Of a stretch of DNA of 64,000 bases, positions 55,656 through 64,000 are shown one piece after another. A model generated the notes under the pieces. It searched no databases, was not told the origin of the DNA, and was given only the letters and a program-made list of their open reading frames with translations. The DNA is from Gracilinanus agilis (taxonomy: Eukaryota): positions 45,398,239 to 45,462,238 of the forward strand of contig NC_058135.1 in the NCBI RefSeq assembly GCF_016433145.1. The letters run 5' to 3'. Each line of letters starts with the position of its first letter. The stretch's first letter is position 1. A program made the translations under genes and the position numbers.

Positions 55656-57239
55656 CCTCAGCAGCAGTCCCCTGATTAGATTACACTGGCCCTACTCCAG
55701 GGCTGCAGGGTCAAAAGACACTAACAAACAACGAAGAAGTTTACCCTTCATCAGTACCATGCAGCTTGGAGGGAGGTTCAAAGAGGAAATGCAACCCAGT
55801 GACGGAAGTGAAGCCCAAATCCCAGCTCACTGGCTTTGAGGTTCATCCATTTGGTCCATCCAGTGGTGTGGGAAAGAGTATGGTTCAGCCCGAGATTTGG
55901 GCTCTTTGCTGGTGACCCCTGAAGCAGCTCCCCAGTTGTGATCTGGGAACCACCACAGCTCTTGGATTTTGTTGAGATCAAGTACTTCTCATCTGCCAGG
56001 CCCTTACTTCCCCACTATACATAGGCTATGTGTCACTTATACCGATGGAATAAAGCCCTATTTTAAACATCTCCATTTGTGGGAAGCAAAAATAACATCA
56101 TGGACCATTCCCTTGAAACAAGAATGTCACCCCCACACGCAAAAATGTTCTTCCCTCTGGATCCAGGCGTGGGCAGACAGGGAGTGGGCTGCTTAATGCC
56201 ACCTGAAGGATATACCTTCCAAAGTAGGTGTTTAAAAGAACAACCTTAATGGTCTCTCCCACACTGACTCGTTGCCGAAAGCATAATGAGAGATCAGGAG
56301 AATAAGAAATTTGAGTGTGATACAAAGCTTTTACACATGCTTCTACCAAATCCTTTCTTCCATTTTCAGCCTCTTGAGTACAGACATTAATATTTATGGA
56401 TGTAGATATAGTCTCCTACCAGAGCTGTACCTAGACTACAAAGACCTAGACTCAGTCTCAGGCCACCAGAATTTAGAAGAAGCAAAATAAACTAATAATT
56501 AAAAAAATTATTACAGATACAACTTAGCAGAACTTCCACTTTTTTAGCATTACAGAAATCAGTTGACAAGAAGATATTTTTAAACATTTCTAAGTGAACC
56601 CTGCTTCTCCTTCCCTAGACTGGCCTTTCCATGTTCACTGGCTGCTGATGCTAGCTAGGCCTCTGGATCCCTAGGGTCTAGAACTCTCCACATTAGGGAG
56701 CTGGTGTCCTAGGGTCTCCTTCTATGTTTGTTTTGAGGATATATGTAGGGTTCGTGTGCCCATTGCTAAATTGGCAATTTACTGGTCTGAGCCCCTAATA
56801 GGAAGACCACATGCATCTCCATGGCACCAAAACATATGATTAACAATGAAAATTTTAGTCAATCAACTTATTTGACAACAGACAACAAGCAACTAACTGG
56901 ATTGTCTTTTTTTTCTTAATTGGTTGTATCGATTGTGTCACAAAGACAGTACAGGTTAAGAATTTAGGGAAATAGGGGGAGCTAGGCAATGGGTAAGGGT
57001 TTTTAAAGAATGAATAAAAAAATAAATATATGTGATGCCCTCCCTCACCTGATGTTTAAGACATGTCTTTCATCTTTTGTACCCCACAAAGCCATCCCCT
57101 GGGTCTTATTCTCAGCTCGAATCCAATTTGCTTCATGGAGCAAAGATCATGGGGAAAAGGAGAGAAAACTTGCCTCCAATAGATCCTTCGCTCCAGTTTC
57201 TGAGTTGCTCTTTTCTTCCTGTCACTCATTTGTGACCGA

Positions 57240-57440
57240 CTCTTTATGTCCTGGTGGACTATTATAGCACACCAGTTCTTGCCATGGGGTATCTTGGCAA
57301 AGATATTGGAGTGGTGTGGCATTTCTTTCTCCATTGGAGATGAAATGAATCACCCAGGGTCACACAACTTGTCAGTGTCTGAGGCTGGATTTGAACTCAG
57401 GTCTTCCTGACCCTGAGTCCAGTGTTCTATCCACCCTGCT
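57240..57440 (-). mobile_element. MAR1-like SINE
   Basis: atcttggcaaagatattggagtggtgtggcatttctttctcc...gctggatttgaactcagg. Confidence 0.75.
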
Positions 57441-57883
57441 GCTCCTTTCTTCCTTCAATCTATTTCCAGAAGATGAAAACAAATCTTAAATGACAATCTT
57501 GTGAATAGAAGCAACTTCCAGAGATTATTTTAAATAAAAACTTGAAACTTATTTAAAAGGAAAACAAGCACAACTGGGTGGTGGAGAGCAACTGATTAGC
57601 AACAAATGATAACAGAACTGAATGAGATTGACCAGAGAAAAGCGTCCTGCCCCATTCACTTCCTCTGTAGTTTAGAAGGCAGTGGCAATGAGTTACTCCG
57701 TGGATGATGCTAATATTGCTGGAATCATTCCCAGCCATCCAGGGCAGCTAGGGCACTATCTTCCTCAACATTCCTACTGTCATTTTTGACAGATGAGCTC
57801 AAAGATTGTTTACCTGATCTCAACTCTTGAGCAATTAGTGGTGACAAATGTCACTAATGTTAACTAATGTTGAGTAGACTCAC

Positions 57884-58100
57884 TTCAGTGCAGCAAGTTG
57901 GACTCCTTGGATATCTCTATATGGGAATAGAAAGAGAGGAACAAAGGGAGTGATTCAGATATATTATTTTTAACTGCACATAGAATGTCTCATGGTATTA
58001 CCTGTTAATGTTATATGACACATCAGAATGTGTCAACGGTGAAATGATTAAAGAAATTAAGAATGACAACTGCTGGGCCATCATCTAATAAAAGATGATG
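57884..58100 (-). other. Candidate non-coding first exon of C4orf54 (5' boundary unknown)
   Basis: The acceptor at 54829 requires an upstream exon. The best donor seen in unique sequence is ctgaa|GTGAGT (GT = 57883-57882). Alternative donors at ~57813 (cag|gtaaac) and ~56009 (gaa|gtaagg). Not discriminated. Confidence 0.25.
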
Positions 58101-58445
58101 AGTAGTCCCATAGTTTAGGATTTAGAGCTGCTTGAAGGGAACTTAAAAGTTATATAATCCAACCCTCTATACTTTTACTGATGGGGAAACTGAGGTAGAA
58201 AGAAATACCAAAGTCAAAAGACCTGGAGTCAGAAAGACTTGAATTCAAATCTCATTTCAATCTCCTAGTATTAACTCTGATCAAGTCATGTAATTCCTTT
58301 TGGCCTCAGTTTCCTCATCTGTAAAATGGAGATAATAACAGGCCATAGGTCTATCTCCAGGGTTGTTGTGACAAAATGAGATATTTGTAATGTGCTTTGT
58401 AAGCCTTAAAACTCTACATAAGTCTTAGCTGTTATTATTATTATT

Positions 58446-58795
58446 ATTTTAAACCCTTACATTCTGTCTTAGTAATAACTCTAAGACAGAAACAGGGTTA
58501 AGTGACTTGCCCAGGGTCATGCAGCTAGGAAGTGTCTAAGGCCGGATTTGAACCCAGGTCCCTCCCAACACTAGCTCTGGTGCTCTATCCACTGTACTGT
58601 CTTGCTGTCCTTGACAATATTCTTTTTTTTTTTTAACCCTTACCTTGGGTCTTAGAATCATTACTCCGGATTGCTTCCAAGGCAGAAAGGTATGGTTTAG
58701 GAATTGAGGGATAGGTGATTTGCTCAGGGTCACACAACTATTAAGTATCAGAGGCCAGATTTGAACCCAGATCCTCCCAATTCCAGACCTGCCCC
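58446..58795 (-). mobile_element. Two tandem SINE1-like SINEs (58446-58610, 58625-58795)
   Basis: Each has an aacccttac tail, a gggtca..cagc core and a gatttgaacccag B-box. Confidence 0.75.
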
Positions 58796-60129
58796 TCCAT
58801 CCATTTTCACTTTGATGCCCATATTGTTACTATTATTATTTGCACAAGATCACATGCAACTAGAAAGTAGGATCATAGAACTAAAAGATTCCTCAAAAAC
58901 CATCTAGTCTAGCTCCTTCATTGTGCAGCTGAACAAATTTAGACCTGAGGAGGTTGAAGGACCAGTCCTTTGCCATATAAGCATTAATCCTGGAGGGGCA
59001 TAATTTGAATTCAGACTCTGTGTTCCTCTGATTCAGATAAAAGCATTTTTTCCTGTTGTTCCAAGAGAACCAGGATTTAAAGCCAGTTTATTTGACTCCA
59101 GTTCCTGCCATTTTTCTTCCACATCACAAAGAGACTGCAATGTCAAAGGTGTGTTGGATCTCATAGTTCCCATTCATTTTCTCTATCAGCAAGCCTCACA
59201 CCTTGGCTTGCTGGTCAACCCTTTTGGGAGGTGGTGTCCCTTTATGCCTGAAGCCTCAGAGTTCAGTCTTTTTTGTACCCTATTCTCTGAACGTAGCATG
59301 CATACTTGCTTAGTTTTTTTTAAGGGTTTCTAAATGCTAGAAGGAAACATACAAAGCATTAAAATAACAGACACATGGTAAAAAAAACTCTAATAATTAA
59401 TCCTGGGCTTCCAAGCAAACATAGAGAAAAATTTTGACTTCAGTTTGACCAAGAAGATGGAAACCAGGTGACAGGGAAATCTTCAATTGTCCTCTGTCAT
59501 TCTTTAAAACTTCTGAGCTGCCGTGCCCACTTTATTCTCTTTCCCTCTGGCCATGAGAGAAGTAGCCTCACTCCTTGTTCAAACTATTCTTCCTTCCTGT
59601 ACCCTTGAGTCCCTTCCTATTCTCCCCAGGTCTATGCTCCAGCAATCATCCTTTTCCTCTTGAAATCTAAACTATTTAACAACCTTTCATTGTCCAAACT
59701 CATAGACCTTTCCTCAAGCACTTAATAAGTTGTTAGGCATGCTGATAGGGGCTAGGGAATTTAAATTGAAACAAAATAAGTTTCTGTCCTCAAAGATCTT
59801 ACTTTCTGTAAATCAATCAATAAATAAATACCAAACGTTTACAAAATAATCACGTAATCATTTGGAGGTTGAGCAGGGAATGCTAACACCTAATGGGAAA
59901 TCAGGAAAGGAGATAGCGTTTGAGCTGACCTTTGAAGGGGATCGGAGATTTCAAGAGTTTGGGGTAAGGAGGAAGAGCACTCCTGACTTGGGGAGCAGCC
60001 TGTGAAAAAGAACAGAGCCAGGAGATGAGAGCAGCCATAAAGCCAACTGGCTAGAATATGGACTATGAGCGGAGTGTAATGTGAAATAAGTGTGGAAAGA
60101 AAAATAGGTTGAAGCCAGATTGTGGTGGA

Positions 60130-60840
60130 TTTATTTTTTTCAGTTACATGTAGAAACTACTTTGACACTTGTTTTCTGACATTTTAGGATTCATATTCTC
60201 CCTTTCCCCTTCCCCCAGGTGGTATATAGTCTGATATAGATTATACCACTACTTTCATGCAATGCATACTTCCATATTGCTGATGTCAAGGTAGAAGACA
60301 TATCACACATGCAATAAAAAATCTCATGAAGAAAATAAAATGAAAAATGGAATGCTTTCACATACACTCAGAATACAACAGTTCCTTCTTTGGCTGTGAT
60401 AGCCAAATGGGTCCCTTGTGGTTATTTTGGGACCTTGTTTTGCTGATAATAGTTTAGACCTTATCATCATTTGATATTTCTGTGACTGTATACATTGTTT
60501 TCTTGGTTCTGTTCACTTTGCATCAGTTTTTCTGTTCTAAATCTCCCTGTTGTTTTTTTTTTCTGAATTCATGCTGTTCATCATTTCTTATGGTGCAATA
60601 GTATTCCATTACAACCATATGCCACAACTTGCTCAGCTATTCTGCAAATGATGGGGATTGGTTTCTAATTTTTTGGAATTTTTTGCCACTACAAAAAGAT
60701 CTGCTAAAAATATTTTTATAAGTAGGTCCTATTTCCTAATCTCTGATCTCTTTGGGATATAGACCCAGTAGTGGTATTGCTCAGTCAACAAAAGGCCTTT
60801 GAGTGAGGTTCCAGATTACTCTCCAGAGTGGTTGTATCAA
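60130..60840 (-). mobile_element. L1 3' fragment inserted in an L2 relic
   Basis: ttttcagttacatgtagaaac tail, ttcatcatttcttatggtgcaatagtattccattac, gggatatagacccagtagtggtattgc. Confidence 0.7.
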
Positions 60841-62209
60841 TAAATAAATTTACATTTAATTAAAATTTAATTTACAATAAGTAGATTTACATTTTGTTCC
60901 AAAGGCAAAAAGGAATTCCTGGGGCTTTTCATGTAGGATACTGACATGATTAGCCCTATTCTTCAGGTATATCAATCTTGGAGCTATACACATGAGGCTG
61001 AATTAGGGAGGAGAGAACCTAGATGCTGAGAGGCAAATTAGGAGGCTCCTGAAAGTGACTTAGTAAGATAAGTTCTGAGGCTTGTGAGAATTGGGATATT
61101 TTTTGTTGATATTGCTTGGATAGATGCCTTCTTAAATGACTTTCAAATTCTGACATTCTATGATTCTTTGATTTTTTTTGAAGTCAGAGTAAGTAGGTAG
61201 TGAGTGGGTATAGGCATCAATGTAAATAACTTTAACTAGAAGTTTTTTTAAGAAAAGGGCGGACCATACAGGGTGGTAGACATAGGAACAAGAAGAGGTT
61301 TTTTTTTTTTTTCAGGATAGAGGAGACTGGAACATATTTGTAGATAGATAGAAAGGAGCCCCTGGAGAGGAAAGACATGTAGTAGTAGTAGTATGAATGA
61401 ATGAAAATGAATTTATTAAGCACCACTAACACGTGAGAGGAGACAAAGGTACAAATGACAAAGATGTTAGGGAGAAAAAATCAACAAACCTTAGCAGCTC
61501 ACTGGATGTAAAGGTTAGGGAAAGTGAATCTATCTTTAGTATTTTGTGCTTGCTACTGCTGCTACTATTCTCATGCTCTGGAGGTTTTAACCCTTTCATA
61601 ACTGAAGTTTCCACCTTTGAATCCCATTCTCCTAAATGGCAGCTGTCTCTCCTGACCCATTATTTCAGGCAAACCCTAGTTATGCTTCACTTTACTCTCC
61701 ACTCCCTGCCATTCTCTGGGCAGACAGCCTGGCCTTACAAGTACCCTCCCTCTGAATATCAACACTGTCATTGATCTTGCAAGGGATATGGTAATCTTCT
61801 CCTCTGTGTCCTCATTCACTATGCCTATAACTTTCTGGGTCAAAATATCTCTCCATGGCCACCAGTCCCCTAGTGTGTGTGGTCTACCTTCCCCATCCCT
61901 CCCATTAGAATGTAAACTTCTGAAGGGGGAAGATTGACTTTGCTTTTGTATTTCTATCCTCAGGGATTAGGCATAGTTCTTGGCACATGGAAAATGCTTT
62001 TCATTCATTCATTCACACTACTACTGCACATCTCCAACTCTCTAGGGGTTCCTTCTTATCATTCTACAAACACAATTTCTCCTTTAACCTAAAAAAGCCC
62101 TCTCTCCCAACCCTGCCTTTCACTTCCCTGCCAAACTTGTAGATAAAATTGTCACACTTGAAGCCTCCACATACTCACTACCTAGTTTCTCCTCAAAAAA
62201 CAATATAAA

Positions 62210-62362
62210 GGGGGAAGCCTGGTGGCTCAGTGAATAAAGAGATGAGAGGTCCTGGGTTCAAATTTGACCTCAAACACTTCCTAGCTATGTGACCCTGGGC
62301 AAGACATTTAACCCCCTTTGTCTAGCCCTTGTCACTCTTTTGCCTGGAACCAATACACAGTA
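62210..62362 (+). mobile_element. SINE1-like SINE cut by the assembly gap
   Basis: ggtggctcagtgaataaag...gggttcaaatttgacctc...ggaaccaatacacagta then Ns. Confidence 0.85.
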
Positions 62363-62629
62363 NNNNNNNNNNNNNNNNNNNNNNNNNNNNNNNNNNNNNN
62401 NNNNNNNNNNNNNNNNNNNNNNNNNNNNNNNNNNNNNNNNNNNNNNNNNNNNNNNNNNNNNNNNNNNNNNNNNNNNNNNNNNNNNNNNNNNNNNNNNNNN
62501 NNNNNNNNNNNNNNNNNNNNNNNNNNNNNNNNNNNNNNNNNNNNNNNNNNNNNNNNNNNNNNNNNNNNNNNNNNNNNNNNNNNNNNNNNNNNNNNNNNNN
62601 NNNNNNNNNAGAATTTTTGAAGGTAACTT
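62363..62629. other. Assembly gap (267 N)
   Basis: Run of N. The X-filled ORFs here are artefacts. Confidence 1.
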
Positions 62630-62830
62630 GAGAGGTCATCTAATTCAAGCAATACTCAAAAAAAAAATCCTCTGTAATCAGACAGAATGATCAGTCAGGT
62701 TTTGCTTTAAGACTCTAGACCACTGCATCCTAGGACAGCCCAATCCCCTTTTGGATAACTATAATTGTCAGGAAGTCTGTCCTTACATTGAATCAAAATC
62801 TTCCTTTGGGCAATTTCTACCTATAAAGTA
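62630..62830 (-). mobile_element. L3/CR1 or MIR3-type fragment adjoining the gap
   Basis: gagaggtcatctaattcaa...ggacagcccaatcccc..ggataactataattgtcaggaag motifs. Confidence 0.45.
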
Positions 62831-63538
62831 GAAAGGTGGAGAAGATTTCTTCTCAATCCTTTGCCACCTGGCTTTGAATTTATGAAACATCACTTTAAAT
62901 GACTCCCTAATTGCCAAACCCAATGTTGTTGCAGGGATTTATTCCTCATCTTTTTTGAGTTCTCAGGAACATATGACTTGGATAGTAACCCCTACTCTTG
63001 GAGACGCCCTCTTCCCTTGGTCTCAGGAGAACAAACTGCTTCGGGGACATAAGGGAATCAAAGAACACAGATGATGTATGTGACATTCCTACCACTTCAG
63101 GGAACAGCTGAAGTGAGGGGCAGCTGTTTGTACCACCATTTTGGCAATGAAGGGTGCCAGAGAGTAGGAAGGGAACGTTTGAATGGTAGTTTGGTAGTAC
63201 ATGGAAAGCAGCCTTGTACTGGGAATGAAAGCATAAGGTGCAAGTCAGTGGATATTGTGGTGAGAAGTAACAAAAAGCTTTAATGATAAGATAATTCTGT
63301 TTGACAGCCCTCTAATCATCAGATCAAGAGAGGCAGAAAAGAAGGAAATAGGTGCTTAGTAAAATGTTTGCTACACTCATGGCAGAGATTTAAATCAGAG
63401 TCCAAGATAAAAAACAGATTTTCTAGAGATGGTGGGATTATCCAAATGCTCCTTTTTATAAGTGGCTTTGGGCTGGCTGCATCAAGCCCAGTACAGAACT
63501 TCTTGTACTACCATCCATAATTACTCAAAAGTCTTTGG

Positions 63539-63727
63539 GGGGGCAGCTGGGTAGCTCAGTGGATTGAGAGCCAGGCCTAGAGACAGGAGGTCCTAGGTTC
63601 AAACCCGGCCTCAGCCACTTCCCAGCTGTGTGACCCTGGGCAAGTCACTTGACCCCCATTGCCTACCCTTACCACTCTTCCACCTACAAGCCAATACACA
63701 GAAGTTAAGGGTTTAAAAATGTAAAAA
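63539..63727 (+). mobile_element. Young full-length SINE1_Mdo
   Basis: Intact head and B-box with CpG retained. 12-bp TSD aaaagtctttgg (63527-63538, 63728-63739). Confidence 0.93.
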
Positions 63728-63799
63728 AAAAGTCTTTGGCCTGCCATCCACATATTAAAAAACCAGGCAGAAGAAAAATGACAGTTGTGACAGGTGTGT

Positions 63800-64000
63800 G
63801 TCTGAAAAGGCCTTGTCCTTGTTTGGTTGTGTCTAAAGCTTGAGACCCCTTTTGGGGTTTTCTTGGCAAAGATACTAGAGTGGTTTACCATTTCCTTCTC
63901 CAGTTCATTTTTACAGATGAGGAAACCAAAGCAAACAGGTTTCAATGACTTGCTCAGGGTCACACAGTTTGTCAGTGTCCGAGGTCACATTTGAACTCTG
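63800..64000 (-). mobile_element. MAR1-like SINE running off the window
   Basis: ggggttttcttggcaaagatactagagtggtttaccatttccttctccag..ttttacagatgaggaaac. Confidence 0.8.

Noticed and set aside
62289-62690. Long ORFs around 62.3-62.7 kb
   Set aside because: Artefacts of the 267-N gap.
63539-63620. tRNA-like A/B boxes here and in other SINE heads
   Set aside because: They continue into CORE and tail sequence with TSDs, so they are SINEs. No cloverleaf tRNA gene was seen.

Overview
Marsupial genomic DNA, most likely a didelphid opossum such as Monodelphis, judged from SINE1_Mdo/MAR1-type CORE-SINEs, marsupial L1/RTE pieces and ~190-bp hAT MITEs. It holds two convergent genes. (1) + strand: the last three coding exons of MTTP (6426-6550, 13568-13738, 16093-16264), intact and in phase. 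(2) - strand: C4orf54, a large, poorly characterised DUF4585 protein whose whole CDS (54798-49399, 1799 aa) lies in one ~5.5-kb exon. From splice and polyA signals I infer a 12.5-kb 3'UTR intron starting 43 nt after the stop and a ~3.9-kb terminal exon (36858 to ~32935). The rest is mostly L1, L2, L3/CR1, RTE, SINE and MITE remnants, microsatellites and one 267-N gap. I cannot demonstrate a wholly new biological system. The best leads are: a ~490-bp non-TE inverted duplication in the last C4orf54 intron; an orphan CpG-rich promoter-like element (NRF1/CCAAT/GC box) in an MTTP intron; a hAT MITE carrying a perfect CTCF motif; NMD-evading placement of the C4orf54 3'UTR intron; and a probable internal start codon in C4orf54. 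Gene and repeat names come from recognition or recall, not database searches. Old-repeat boundaries are approximate.
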